From positions 5,338,245 to 5,402,244 of the forward strand of contig CAVNZM010000009.1 in the NCBI GenBank assembly GCA_963693365.1: DNA of 64,000 nt, in the 5' to 3' direction. The number at the start of each line of letters is the position of its first letter. Positions within the stretch are counted from its first letter, which is position 1. Of the stretch, positions 32,977 through 64,000 are shown piece by piece. The stretch comes from Amoebidium appalachense. Its lineage: Eukaryota > Protista > Ichthyosporea. Both the position numbers and the translations under genes were made by a program. The notes under the pieces are model-generated. The model was not told where the DNA came from. It searched no databases and saw nothing but the letters and a program-made list of their open reading frames with translations.

Positions 32977-33816
32977 TCCCCCCCCTTCCTCCCCTACCAT
33001 CACCACGACCTTCTTCACTGATTATTTGCTATCTTCCTCCCTTCCTTTCTTTAGCAGAATCCGAGATGGGTGATGGGCCCATGGAGTTTGGTGGGGATGA
33101 CGATGCCGATGACGATGGGGGCTTTGAAGCGCCTGATAACCAGCCAATGGAATTGGCCCCCTCAGAGCATGCACCAATGGCTGCAGACCAGGCCCAACCC
33201 GATTGGCTGTCCCACCGCGACCCTTCCTCCATGGTTGCACCCCCTCTCCCCCTCCTCCTCTCCCCTCCCCTCGCCCTCCCTCCCCTCCCCCCTCCTCCTC
33301 TCCCCCTCCTCCTCTCCCCCCTCCTCCTCTCCCCCCTCCTCCCCTCCCCCTCCTCCTCTCCCCCCTCCTCCCCTCCCCCTCCTCCTCTCCCCCCTCCTCC
33401 CCTCCCCCCTCCTCCTCTCCCCCCTCCTCCCCTCCCCCCTCCTCCTCTCCCCCCTCCTCCCCTCCCCCTCCTCCTCTCCCCCCTCCTCCCCTCCCCCTCC
33501 TCCTGTCCCCCATCCTCCCCTCCCCCCTCCTCCTCTCCCCTCCCCTCCCCCTCCCTTCCCTCAATCTCAAACACAATACCCAAATCATGACACACATCAC
33601 TCACAGGCCCATGGGAAGACACTTAGTTGCAAGACGCCTTCTGTGTTCAGTACAGAAACGTAGGTGGCTATTCTGTCGTTTCCATCTACACGCATGAAAA
33701 GAACATTCTAGCACGCCACAAGAGAGCAAATTGAGATTGTACTAACTTGATGGGTGTGTTCCTTCATCGAAGTTTAGACTGAGTGTATGTCGTTTTCTGC
33801 CTCTGGCTGTCAAAAG

Positions 33817-33859
<43 letters not shown>

Positions 33860-34133
33860 TCCCCTCCCTGCTAAGTTAAAGCTCGCGGAGATGACACAAA
33901 TGGCACTCTTTTGAACCTTTCTAATCATTATATACTCGACAACCACAAAGGTCACAGACACATGTACATCCTTCAGTATGCACACACACAGGTGCACGCA
34001 TCCACCACCGTGCACACACACGTAGACACACACACGCACCACGTGCACACGCTACAAACACAATTACTCACATGCCCACACACTCACACCACTCACCGAC
34101 TCGCGCAAGCACACACCAACACACGCGTGCACA

Positions 34134-34220
<87 letters not shown>

Positions 34221-34287
34221 GCGCAAACACACACACACGTTTCCACTGACACAAGCAAAACAATTGCCCCCCCCCTCCCCACCCCCC

Positions 34288-34341
<54 letters not shown>

Positions 34342-34562
34342 ACGAGACGGCCACCCAGCGCACCACCCGCTCGGCCATCAGCCGTGCCACTGCCACATCC
34401 ACGCCCGCTGCCCCCTGGGACCCTTGGGCTCCTGCAGACGCCCACGAATGCAGCCGCCCGGCAAAACCATTCCGAAAAGGTACGTGCGTGTGTGCGTGCA
34501 TAGATAGCGTGCGTGCGTGCGGGCGGGCGGGCGGGCGGGCGGGCGGGCGGGCGGGCGGGCGG

Positions 34563-34609
<47 letters not shown>

Positions 34610-35659
34610 TAGGTAGGAAAGGTGGGACTCTTGGTAGCTGTGTGCTGATGTGAGTTGGATGTGATTTGCTGTGCAATAGGTGTGGTGGGAGTGTGGGGTG
34701 GGGTTCTAAGTCTGTGTTGTGTAATTGCTTTTGGCCTCTTTCTTATTCTTATTTTCCCGGGCCCCTTGCATACCCATGCACATACTAAACCTCCCCCCCC
34801 CCCCCCCCCCCCCCTCCCCTCCTCCTCCCACGCAACCCCTCTCCTCCTCTCCCCCCTCCCCTCCCCCCTCCCCCTCCCCCTCCCCCTCCCCCCTCCCCCC
34901 CCCCCCCCCCCCCCCACACACACTAGCATCAACATATACGTCCTCCCCCCCCCCCAATTCTCCGTCCTCCCCTTCCCTGCACACACTTACTCCCCCATCC
35001 CCCCCCCCCCCCCCCCCCCCTCCCACACCTCCCCCCTCCTACCCCCCCCCCCCCTCCCCCCAGGCAAGACATATCGTATCCCACCTGCATTAAAGGACAC
35101 CGCCAAGGCCAGCAAGCAGCGGCCCCCTGCAGAGTCACTCACAGAGTTCTACTCCAGGCTCGACAGTACGATTTACATCCCCTTTCTCTTGCACATGCAC
35201 ACATGGTCCCCTATTTTTCGTGTTCTCCCTTATTCTCTCCGTGTTGCCCGCAGTAAGCACGTACGTCATGAGAAGGTACTTAGTTGGACACGGAGACCAT
35301 CTAAGTACCTACTACGGATAGATGGCAGGTAGAAAACTCAACGGTATTGTGCTTATACTTGCCCCATTTTCTCACACAAACACCTTACCATGTCAGTGAT
35401 CACGCTCCGATTGTGGTGTTGTGTCGGCTGCTTGCGGGTTTGTATCTGTTCCCTTCCTGTGATGAATGTTTGTGCGCCTGCCTGTGTGGCAGGAATCAAG
35501 GTTTGCATGAAATCTTTTTCTATGACTGGTGTGTGTACTTGCTGCAGTCGTGAGAGATTTGTATGTGTGTGTGCATTCTAAACGGGAATCAAAGGCTGAC
35601 CATTTGATGTACATCTGCCCTGACCCTTCCTGCCCTCCCCGTCCGTTACCCCCCCCCCC

Positions 35660-35690
<31 letters not shown>

Positions 35691-36692
35691 ACATACATAC
35701 ATACATACATACATACATTTTTACGAACAGACACCCACCCACACACACACACACACATACACGCACACGCACACGCACACGCACACACGCACACCCCCCA
35801 ACAAAAAACAGGGGAGAAGGAAGTCAAGGGCCTTCCCAAGAACGAGATTAAGGGGCCCACATATCCTGGTAACCACACCTCCCCTACATCCCACCGGCCC
35901 ACATCTACCCCCACCCTCGTCCCCAAGCCCCCCCCCCCCCCCCCCCTCTCCCCCTCCCACCCTTCACCCACCCAGCCACCCGGGCTTAAGCATGTACCCA
36001 TCGTACGGATGCATGCGCACAGCACAAAAGGCCTGTTGCCTTTTTGGCAATCTTATTGGTACATTTGAGCATGAGCGAGACCGGGGACAGCTCGGTGAAT
36101 GGGTGGGGCTGAGGGGTGTTGACGATTTGAAAAGGGAAGCGGGGATCGGGTTAAAGGAGGTTTCAGTTAGGGATCCGGTTCGGATCAGACACCAAAGACA
36201 TTTATGCTTTATAATTGGTGAGATGCGCATCAAGTAGCATTTTTGGCCTGGCCCAAAAAGGCAAATGCATCTGCCTAAAAGAAACCCCTCTAAGGTCCGT
36301 TCATACCCCCCTCAAGGTGCACCGTGCACACACACAGGGATTGCCGTTGCCACTTTCTAACCACTCGTGCTGTTTGCTGCAGAATTTGCCAGACTGTTCC
36401 TGCGGGAGTACAGGCGGAGGAAGGAGATTGCACGGGCAGAGAGGGCCGCATATCTGGACCTGAGAAGGGTGTGTTTCATTGGCCGAGGTTTTATTGTTCT
36501 GTTTGGTTGGCACGGGGCATGATGTTCTGATATGTAGTTTGGACTTGCCGGTGATTTTCTGCAGTCCCTTTGCTTGGAGTTTCTGGTTTTAGAACTTACA
36601 TATTATTCTTACATTTTATTCTAGATGGATGGGTGTTCTGTTGGACTTCAGAAGCCCTATTTGTTGTCTTAGCATTGTGTGTGTGTTTTATA

Positions 36693-36730
<38 letters not shown>

Positions 36731-37013
36731 ACACACACATACACACACACTCCCACACACCCACCCTACGTTCCCCTCAGGACACACAGACACACGTGCG
36801 CACATATCTGTAACTTCGTAAGTTGACCTCCCCCCTCCGTCTCTACGGGTAAGACAATGTCTATCCACCCCCTCACTAATAACCTCTCATCGTCTATGGT
36901 TCTTTCCATGTCTCCTTGTCGATCCTTCCTCTCCCTAACCACACACCTTCCTTTCCTCGTCATACCCACCTCCACACAAAAAGGCAGGACACACACCGAT
37001 GCACACACACACG

Positions 37014-37048
<35 letters not shown>

Positions 37049-39178
37049 TCTCTCTCTCTCTCTCTCTCTCTTTCTGAAACACACGTATACACAAACACAC
37101 ACACACTCACGTACACGTACACACACAGGCGCTAGGAGAGGACATAGCATCCACGGTGTACAGTGAGACACACTTTGACCAGCTGGAGAGTGCAGCCCCC
37201 GACAGTGACACAGATATGCCCAACGACCCCATGGACGAGGATGATGATGCCGTACGTGCCCTCTGACCCCCCCCCCCACCCCCCCCCATATCTGGAGAAA
37301 GAAAAAACTCCTCTTTTACAGACGAAATATCTCCCCCCTACCACCTCCTTTCTGGAAGAAACACCCCTTTTACACACTCGGATCCTTCTCCCCATCATCC
37401 CCCCCCCCCCCCCCCCCCTTTTTGGTCCAGGCATACACAGGATGACTGTTGGTCTTTTGGTGATATACCATGGAGAGTGGTATACCTGTGTGGCGGTGCA
37501 CACTACAGGCCGTAGGGCATGAAGGTGGAAATGGGACCAGAAAGGAGGTAGGGGGGAGGGGGGAGGGCATCTTTTTTTTGTCTTTTCGTGATTAGATCAT
37601 CTTACCCTATGCCAACCATATATCCCCCCCCCCCCCCCCCCCCCCTCCACCACCACCAGTACATTGCCACCGCCACCAATGAATGGGTTTCCCATTGTCA
37701 CGTGCACTGCGTGCAGCACTCTCACCATTCTCCTCCCCACCTCTTCTTTATTGCACATCCCTCCTTTCTGCTTGCCCTGCCCAGCCATTCATGTGTCCTC
37801 CCATCCCCCCTTCAACACCCACACACAGCCACCCCATACACACCTACGGGCAGACAGGCGCGCGCACACATGCACACACGAATATACATGCACATGAACA
37901 TCAACATACACACACACACACACGTACAGGAGGCCCCTGACTTCGGCCCCATGGATTTGGCAGCCTCAGCCTCGGTAGCTGGAGGGGCCCAGACATTCGA
38001 AGACCTGGTTCGCCAACATATTGTTCGTCTGCCCCCCCCCCCTCCTCCAAGACGCAACACACACATCTTATTTTATACAGAAAAGAAACATCCGTCTCTA
38101 GATTACGGCCTCTGTACAGCCTACCTCCTTCACGGACGACAACCCAACCCCCCCCCCTTCCCCTCCTCCCCTCCCTCCCCTCCCTCCCCTCCCTCTTCCT
38201 TCCGGCACTAAATGTTTTGGTGGTTGTTGGTGACACAGCACACCCTTCATTCGACCATGCAAGCGTATACAATGCACATGGTTTTGCCCCCTTGGTGTGT
38301 TTGATGGCCACAGCATGCACGAGACCAAGACAGTGTGGCGTGCTGGATAGGTCGATAGGGATGTGCGTGCTGGGCAGGGGCATGGTCGGTTTCATGACCA
38401 AGGAAGGGATAGATAGTTTTTGTTTGTTCCGGGTGTGTAATTCTCTTCTTCTTCTTCTTTTTTTTTGGTGGTGGTGGTGGGGGGGGGGGGGGGGGGGGGG
38501 GGAGGGGAGGGGGAGGGGGGTTGTTAGAGGGGTGAATGGGAAACTCAATCTGATTGGGCACAGGACCAGTACATGAGCAGTGCCAGCCAATACGTGCAGC
38601 AGAGTGACCTGTCCAATAGGGTGCGGGCATGGGAGGACAGGATTAAGCCAATCCTGGACGAGGAGGTGGGGGCACACAAGCACGTGCACACACATGTGCA
38701 CACGTGCATGCATGCGCACACACATACACGCATACGCGAGCATGCACGTGCACACACACATGTGCACACATACACACATACACACATACACGTGCATGCA
38801 CGTGCACACACACATGCATTTACACACACAGTCCGGCTCATACAAGCAACGTGCACACAGGCACACACACAAGCGCAAACACAATCACATGGTGTCACAC
38901 CTGCCCACACCACGTGCATAACTGCGCCAACGAACAGAACATGACTTCCATATGGAAACAGTGGCCGGGCACCCCGTACCCACGCAGCAGACACATGTTC
39001 CTAGGCACACCAATGCAAACACCACAAACACATGGGCACACACATGCCACTCATATAAGGTGTATTCGTATGTGTGTATGTGCACACACAGGCTGAGATA
39101 AGATGTCTGCATGGACACACGACCGGGAATAAGGAGAGTGACAGACCCGCATCCCCGTGGTGGTGGTGGTGATGGTTT

Positions 39179-39209
<31 letters not shown>

Positions 39210-39355
39210 GGGAAGCTACATGTGTTCACCTACAAGTAGTCGTGAAGATAAACTGATACAGCTTTGTGGTTTGTTTTTGCTTGTGCTGTTTTATATCTTT
39301 GTGTTGTTTACGTGTCCGTGTGTTGTATTGTGTACATTTGCAGGTGTGTGTTGCA

Positions 39356-39425
<70 letters not shown>

Positions 39426-39632
39426 TGCTTGGTGTGCTTGGTGGCCTACGTGGCTGTCCGGTACTAACACAAAGCATCATGCAGGAGACACACGGACCCT
39501 ACGACATTCAACACTACGGGCGAGAGATTCTGCACAAAGGATTTGACGAGAGTATGCTGTCCCCCCCTCCACCCCCCCTCTCACAAGCACACACAGACAT
39601 GCACATATGCACACGCACGCGCGTGCGCGCGA

Positions 39633-39678
<46 letters not shown>

Positions 39679-39786
39679 TGCCCTGATACCAAGGGACGTG
39701 TCTCCCCCCCCCCCCCCCCTCTCCCCCTCTCAGCCTCCCCCACTTCTCCCTAATGGCTCCTGCTCGCTGCCTATGGCATGCCTGAA

Positions 39787-39819
<33 letters not shown>

Positions 39820-40373
39820 ATTCCTCCCCCCTGCTTCTGCCCCCTTCCTCACTTCCTCCCGTCAGTGGTTCCCCGGGGTGATGATGTGTTCTTGACCCCT
39901 GGTACATCACGCTCCTTCCTTCCTGTGCTATGTGTGGTTTATCGTGCTACGTTTTAGAAGAAACACGGTCTTAATTGAAGATCTCTGCTCTGCCGAAATG
40001 CATGTGCAGGCAAGAATTTAACCGCAATGTGCTCGATGTTCGCTTACACCCATGTCATGTTTGTGTTATTGTTATTTACACATAAGTGTATATACGCTGA
40101 AATTCATGTTGTTATTTCTGGTTTGCAGACACGGAGGCCATGCCGTTTGAGGCGCTTGCCACTGACCGGCCAGCCTACGAGGTCTGCCGCATGTTCCTGG
40201 CAGTGCTGCAGCTGGTATATTTTCCTTCCCTGATTTGTCTTTGTTTTTAGTGGTTTTTCTTTCCTTGTTTACGTTTGTCTCCTCTGGTTATGTTGTGGCA
40301 TTTTTGTATGTTCTTGTGTGGTTTGGATGGGAGAGGTGGGTGTGGGCATGTGGGTTTAGATGAGGAGAGATGA

Positions 40374-40407
<34 letters not shown>

Positions 40408-40662
40408 TGCTCTCTCTAAAGCAAAGCCAAAATATAAGGGAAAGAAGGGGGGGGAGGGGGGGGGAGGCAGCAATAGCTAGTGTGTGTGTCCATGACCCCA
40501 CATTCACACTCTCTTTTGCTTGCGCAGGCCAACTCTGGCAACGTGGACATCCAACAGGAGAAAGTCACCGGGCCGACAAAGGACAACCGCATGGTGGTGA
40601 GGCTACTGGCCAGAGGCCCCCTGCATAGTCTGGACGGCCTGGCAAATATCACCGCACACTAG
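27537..40662 (+). CDS. NCAPH2: Condensin-2 complex subunit H2 (kleisin beta, CAP-H2), 18 exons
   Basis: Exons 27537-27692, 28256-28357, 29487-29621, 30501-30606, 31167-31228, 31778-31904, 32512-32592, 33055/33058-33233, 34341-34479, 35064-35165, 35812-35868, 36383-36468, 37129-37251, 37930-38022, 38564-38665, 39485-39551, 40129-40214, 40528-40662, all phase-consistent. Motifs: [35 protein letters not shown]...[23 protein letters not shown]...[62 protein letters not shown]. Confidence 0.95.
28477..28595. repeat. Tandem duplication of ~59 bp
   Basis: TTGTGATCC.TATTATTGCATTGTTACCCCTT.TGAGTTACTTAGCTTCCAACGGACAC occurs twice. Confidence 0.9.
39462..39468 (+). promoter_or_regulatory. Perfect branch-point TACTAAC
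   Basis: Lies 16 nt upstream of the acceptor ending at 39484 (NCAPH2). CTRAY variants precede many other acceptors. Confidence 0.75.
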
Positions 40663-41403
40663 ATATATTGGCGCATGTGCTATGACCATATTTGGATATA
40701 TTGGGGATATACTTTGGATAGTAATTTGAAAGTCCGATTGGCTGTTTCTGAGAACGTTGTTCCTTGAACCTGGCAAAACACATGCACTTTGGAGGTCGTT
40801 GGGGACATGAACATCTGTGCGGGATGATTATGTGCTGCGTGTTGTTATGCGGTGGTATACCTATCTATTTTGGTTTGTATCGGTGATGATGTATATTGTT
40901 GTCGTCTCGAATTCCCCTTTTGTGCTTCTAAGCGCAAATCGGCAGGTGTCGTGCACGTGGTACTGTGTGCTTGTAAGCGCAGGTATACCCACAGTGTTGT
41001 TAGTAGTATTGAGTAGCAATAGTTCTCATTTATGTTACCATGGCGGTAGCAATAGATACATGCGGGTTGCGCATGAGCGTGGTCCGTGTAATTATTGTAC
41101 TATACGAAGTTTACCCGAAGTAAACAAAATATCTCAACCTGGCATAGTTTGTGGTGGAGAGGACAGGCGCGAGCTATTATTATGCCATCACCTGTAATGG
41201 GTGATCATGAATCCTTCAGGGTAAGTCATGTTTGGCCGTTGCCTCGTTCACCCCGATGGTTGTAATGGTGAATGGAACCTGTGAAAGACCTTAACGGTGT
41301 AATATGTGACATATGGAGCACGGTCCCCCCCGGGCACCCCGGAGCTCACTAACAAAGTCTAACAAGCTTTGGGTGACGGCTTCTATGTACGTACATGCAT
41401 TGT

Positions 41404-43121
<1,718 letters not shown>

Positions 43122-44870
43122 CTGCAAACGAACAAACTGAGAGGGAAAGGGCACGCGTCGAAGCATTTGATCTCTATGGTTCAGCAGCTTCGCGCCAAAA
43201 TGATCAAACAAACCAATGATATTACAGTGTTAGACTGCTCTTGTTTTAGAAAATGCAGTGATTGGCTGGCTGCGCTGTGATGTCATCATCGCTGCATGTC
43301 CTCTACTCTTTCAGGATCATCAGCTAAAGTTTTTCCAAAGTTCCTTTATTGTTTTTTTTTGTGTAAGGGTCCAACACTAAAACCGTAACTGGAAACAAAG
43401 GATAAATAGCTTTAATTGCTTAATGTACATAGTGGTCTAGACTTCTATAGCTGCCATTTTTCGCTTGCTGTTGCGCCACAAATCAAATCTAAAAACGACT
43501 TGGACCTGCCCAAAGGACGAGGGATCTCACAGAGGTGGGTGCACGTGTGGGTGGCTTCCTTACCTGTCTTTTTGCTTGCGTGCTGCCCATTGCATTGATC
43601 GAGTACCATTTGATGCATGTAAAAAGTCCGGTCAACGTACTCGTTTCTTTGTTAGATTCGTGGCCCATCCTCAAGGACACAAGTCTTTTGGGGGGTGCTC
43701 ATTTCTGTACTTTCTTCTTTGATTGCTGCCTGTTGCGAGGGCTATTATAAACCCATGTTTTGTGGCTTTGAGGCACTTGACATCTGCTTTGGGACTATGT
43801 GAGCTACTCCATTTGGTGTTCATATTAGCGGTTTTCTCTTGTTGGCCTTGGCTTAATTATGAACAAATTTACTGCCGGTTGGTATTGACCAGCATGTCTC
43901 GGGGACTTTTTGGTAGGCCATACTCGGCTGCATACTCGGTTGTCTCGTTCGATTTCGTAAACACGGCTTTCTTGATTGTGTGCTACTGCTCCAACCTCAA
44001 GCTCCCCCCTCCCCCCCCCCCCCCCCCCCCCCCCCCTCGCCCCACCTCCCTCCATCCCCTCCCCCCGCTTTTTCCCCCATGCCCCGACCCCCTCCCCCCC
44101 CTCCCCCCTGTATCCCACACACACACAAGCCCACGTTCCTCCTGTCCGCATCGCTTTCCTTCATTTCCTTCCCACCCTTAGCACTGTGATTTTTTCGTGT
44201 ACCCCTGTCTATTGGTATAACTTTCTTTCTGTGCCTTTTTGTCACTCGAGCCCCAAGCGTGTCTCGTGTGTGTGCATCCGCACGGTCGCATGGATTTGCC
44301 AGACAGTGCCCCTCCCCCCTCCCCCTTCCCCCTCCCCCTCCCCCCCCTCCCCCCCCCCCCCCCCCGTCCGTCGTCCCCATCCTTTTTCCTTTGCTGCCTG
44401 CACCACAGCACAGCTCCATCCTATTGCTTTCTGGATATATGCAGGCCGTTTTGCCTGGTTGTGGTTGCCCACCTCTCATCCCAACTTTGCGTGAACCTGC
44501 ATTCCATTCCTGCAAGATCCTCTCTCTCCTCCCCCCCCTCCCCCCCCCCCCCCCCCCCCCGCGCCCCTCCTCCTCCTCCTCCTGCTCCTCCTCTCACACC
44601 CCTCTTCTTCCCCACCCCCTTTTGTCCCTTTTGTTGACACAAAGGCATACACTCACACACACAACCGGCCCGTTTGCACTTTTATCCATAAACAGCAGGA
44701 AGCATGCAGAGACACATACAGGCAGGTACACGAACACACAAACGTATGAGACATTCCTTTTCGTCTCCTGCACAAGCACTTTATAACCCCCCCCCCCCCC
44801 CCCTTTTCGGGATACCTTTTCCTTGCTGGTGTTACAACCCAGTTCTCCCTCCCTTCTTCTTGGAACGCTA

Positions 44871-44909
<39 letters not shown>

Positions 44910-45048
44910 ATGCCTTTGTTCGTGCATGGGCATGTTTGGGTCGTATTTGGGGCACACACATGCTGACTGGTTCACACCCTGGAGGGAAATCCAGGACGGC
45001 AACCCATTCAGCCATCTAGGTATTGTGCACGGCTAGCAGGGTTTGAAA

Positions 45049-48554
<3,506 letters not shown>

Positions 48555-49966
48555 GTGTGTGGCGTGCGGCACACATTAAACAAACACAAAACACCATGGT
48601 TAAACGTAAAATATTGTTTGTAAGATGCATGCACACACGGGCTGGGATTGCACCGCACATACAGATACAGTGTACATTTACACGAGTACAGACGGGTTGC
48701 ACACACGTGCTAGTATGGGGTTTAGTCTAGTGGTTGCATTTCATTCGCTTTAGTCACCATTTCTCTCGGTTATCGCTGTTCAAACGATCTTCTCCCGGTT
48801 TCCTTTTTCTTTTCTTTTCTTTTTTTTTTGTTCTTTCTTTTGTTCTTTTCTTATACATATGCATAGGATTTACCAATGCTCTAGATCCCCACGCTTGAAA
48901 TCGGTAATTCTGCCGTTTAGCTTCATGTCCGTAGGCACACTTTGTTTAAACACGTCCTGATGTATGCAGATGCAACGTAAGCCACCGCATTGCATGTTGC
49001 GACTTCCGAAAGCCACACAGCACACACGTGCACATGCCGTTTACACTTGGAGGTGGTAGGGGAGCAACGTCGAACGAATCAAATCAAATAACTGATTAGA
49101 GTAACATGTACATGTATGAAGTCTACACGCTGTGACTCCATGCATATGCAGGTGATGGGCCCGCCACCAAGAAGTGGCCAGCATATGCGCACATGCACAC
49201 CAAGCACGCACGTGCTGCAAGCACACGTACTGCTTTAGGCTACAGGTGCATGCCTGTGCACAGAAAAATCGCACAATCGATCATGATCATGCACGGACAA
49301 ACGAATTCAAATGAGACTTGCACAATTATATGTATGCACAGACACTTGCAACGGGTCGATGTACATATAAAACATGCACATATTGTACTCCACTATGGCA
49401 TAGACTTCTGAGGCCCACGTGTGTATGTGTGAATTGCCCGTGCCACGGCGCGGTACGGCAATGTGTACAAGCATGTGCACATGGTCGACATGTGTACAGC
49501 CACATGCACAGGCCTAATAATATTAGCCCTAGGCCTACATGTAGCTATGTACACATTTGCAAAGATTGTTTCGTATACGTACTTGACAACATCATCACTG
49601 GGTCACGTGCAAGTCTGGGCCCCGGTGTCGTTCACAAGTGGCATGGTTTATTCATGGCAAATATTTTCGCAAAATGTATCTAGAGTGTCATACACACATG
49701 CCCATTACATAAAGACACTTTAGGTTTAGTTGCATCAAACGAATGCTCCTGGCACACAGCATGCCACTATCCCTAAATCTCATCTCACAAACCCTTGCAA
49801 CACCCAGACCGTCACATGGTCTACATATACCTTATCTAAATTTAAGGAGCCACTGATACCACAAATCGACAATTAGCTATGTTAATTCACCTGCCATATC
49901 CCATCTAAATATCACCTGCCAACAACAGAGCCTTTCGCGTATCGTTTGTACATGTTGCTTAGTTAT

Positions 49967-50043
<77 letters not shown>

Positions 50044-50260
50044 AAACACGCAGACAGACACAGACAGACACCCACCAAAGCACCCAAGTACTCCCTACCC
50101 ACTCACATCCAAAGCATTAAATACTAAAAACCTGAACAGTTTAACATCAAGCACTCACAGACCAATAACAACATTAGGGCGTCTTAGATGCCCATGGCAT
50201 TGCATGCGGGATTTGGGCGCACAAGATAGCCACAAGCACAAAATGCACTTCATTTAAATT

Positions 50261-50295
<35 letters not shown>

Positions 50296-50546
50296 AGCAT
50301 TTAGCACATACCATCTCAAGACTTAGGTGAAACCATTATTCAACCCAACCCAACAACTAGCATTGCATTACTATTGCAATTCATTTGGTTTCCAACTATT
50401 AGTAATGATATTTTGGTTTTCTCAGTTTCCTGCTGGCTCCAACAGGGCCGAGTCTTGCAATGTGTTGTTGCGTGACCGCATGCTGGGTGGCATGTGGCTG
50501 CCGTAGTGACGCTGTGGCGACGCGACTGTGTGTGTGTGTGTGCGTG

Positions 50547-50586
<40 letters not shown>

Positions 50587-50861
50587 TACGAGTACGAATA
50601 CGAGTACGAGTGTGAGTGAGTGAGTGTTTGTGTGTGTGAGTGTGAGTGTGAGTGTGAGTGTGTGTGAGTGTGAGTGTGAGTGTGAGTGTGAGCGCGCGCA
50701 TGTAATAAGGTACATGGGAGTGTGGGTGCATGTCAGAACGTCCATGCTATGTGCAGACATGGTAACGGGATTGAGATTTTGGGATGCAAAGTGAGGGTCA
50801 ATAAAAGCGGATCACACAGTGAAGTAATTTACTCAACTGCAGACACAATGGACAAAGGGGC

Positions 50862-50897
<36 letters not shown>

Positions 50898-51144
50898 AGA
50901 GAGAGAGAGAGAAAAAGAAAAAGAAAAGAAAAAAACCATGTGAAGAGAAAGACGACTGTGTAGGCAGGCAGGCAGGCAGGGAGAGGGGAGGGGGAGGGAA
51001 GAGGGCCCAGATGTGAGGGCGCATTCATGTACCCAGCGGGTACAAGAGTCCAGAGCAGGGGGTGGATGGGCAAGGGTGGGTGCCTGCTGGAAGCATGCAA
51101 ACGGTGCCTACGAATGGGGTTAGGCAGTATGGTGCGCTCAGCGC

Positions 51145-63036
<11,892 letters not shown>

Positions 63037-64000
63037 GTTCTGGATCACCTGCACACACAGACAGACCTTCTTGGTTAGGAGAATGCAGCGTGAAAGCCAT
63101 TCACACAGGGCCCGCGTTTAGTCGAACCAAAAAAAAAGTGCTGTACAGGCACCAAGAAAACTAAGTCGCTCGGACTACGTTGTCAGCAACACAGTGGGGA
63201 AGAGCAAGTCCTCAACAAGATCTCACCTGCTGGAAGTTTTCAGGAAGCCGCAAAGCTCGGCGTGATGTTGTACACTTGACTCCGATGCACAGAGGTGTAG
63301 TTACGTTGCTATAACATTTTGCGTATACCCATATACTTAAGGAATAGCAGCAGGAGACAGAAAGAACCAAAGAACCAACTAGATCTGACGTGATAGGGAG
63401 TTATGGCTCATATGTATCAATAGGGGAATCTCGCAACAGTTGTGTGCGGAAAGCGTGCCACCCTAATAAGAAGCAACATAGAGCCTCTGAGAATATATGT
63501 AGCAGACAGCAATGCCCCCTTATAAAGCCTCTTTTTGTCCCCTGGTTGTAAGGGATAGATCCGGCTCACTCTCAAAGTAAAACTGCACTAATCATTGAAA
63601 TGGCTTTCATATCAGCGTGTTAAAGCCCACGAAAGCGTGCAAACTCTGGCCGCGAAAGTTGGAGAGTAGAAGCACGCGTAAGCAGACAACTATTAACTGG
63701 GGACCCCAAGACAAATTGCGACGCGGTTTGTTTTGTTTTCGTTTTCCTCTCAAGTTCGAAGGTTCCAGTTCCACAAGGTGAGGGACCGTGATGAAGCGTT
63801 TGAAAACTGAAAAAGAACGACAGCGGCAGATGGCTGCTGATTGGCTGATGCCTCGATGAATCATATTTGGGGATCTTCCACAGACGCAGCACGCTGAGCA
63901 CGGTGAACACGCACAGGCAGTGTGCACAGCCTGTGTCGGACACGCCGGCCCAAGCAGCAGAATGAAAGGAAAGAAACTAATATTACGACTCCGTTTTTCA

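Noticed and set aside
63607-63943. Two ~106-aa minus-strand ORFs at the window end
   Set aside because: No recognisable motifs; the region is more likely promoter or UTR sequence.

Overview
This is eukaryotic genomic DNA, probably from a unicellular protist (holozoan-like is my inference only). It has intron-rich genes whose introns are saturated with poly(C)/poly(G) runs and (CA)/(GT) microsatellites, so almost all ORFs in the supplied track are repeat artefacts. Manual splicing gives five genes: ATG2 (+, 5'-partial, 23 exons), a bacterial-like SLC13/YfbS permease with a TrkA-C-like region (-, only 3 exons), condensin II kleisin NCAPH2 (+, 18 exons), NEDD8 E2 UBC12 (+, 4 coding exons) and a spinster-like MFS transporter (-, 16 exons). 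The most unusual signals concern intron architecture. (1) Sense-strand poly(C) runs sit immediately behind many, often weak, 5' splice sites on both gene orientations. (2) Many 3' splice sites are reached by (CA)n, A/C-rich or poly(C) tracts with no U-rich tract. (3) Some introns are closed by complementary repeats. (4) A ~100-155 bp poly(C)-anchored intronic repeat family has six copies, all sense-oriented. Also noted: a GC donor, an apparent +1 frameshift in ATG2, a phased CACGTG array, a hairpin-rich island and a CpG-rich putative transposon. Exon coordinates and counts are by eye, and no searches were run.
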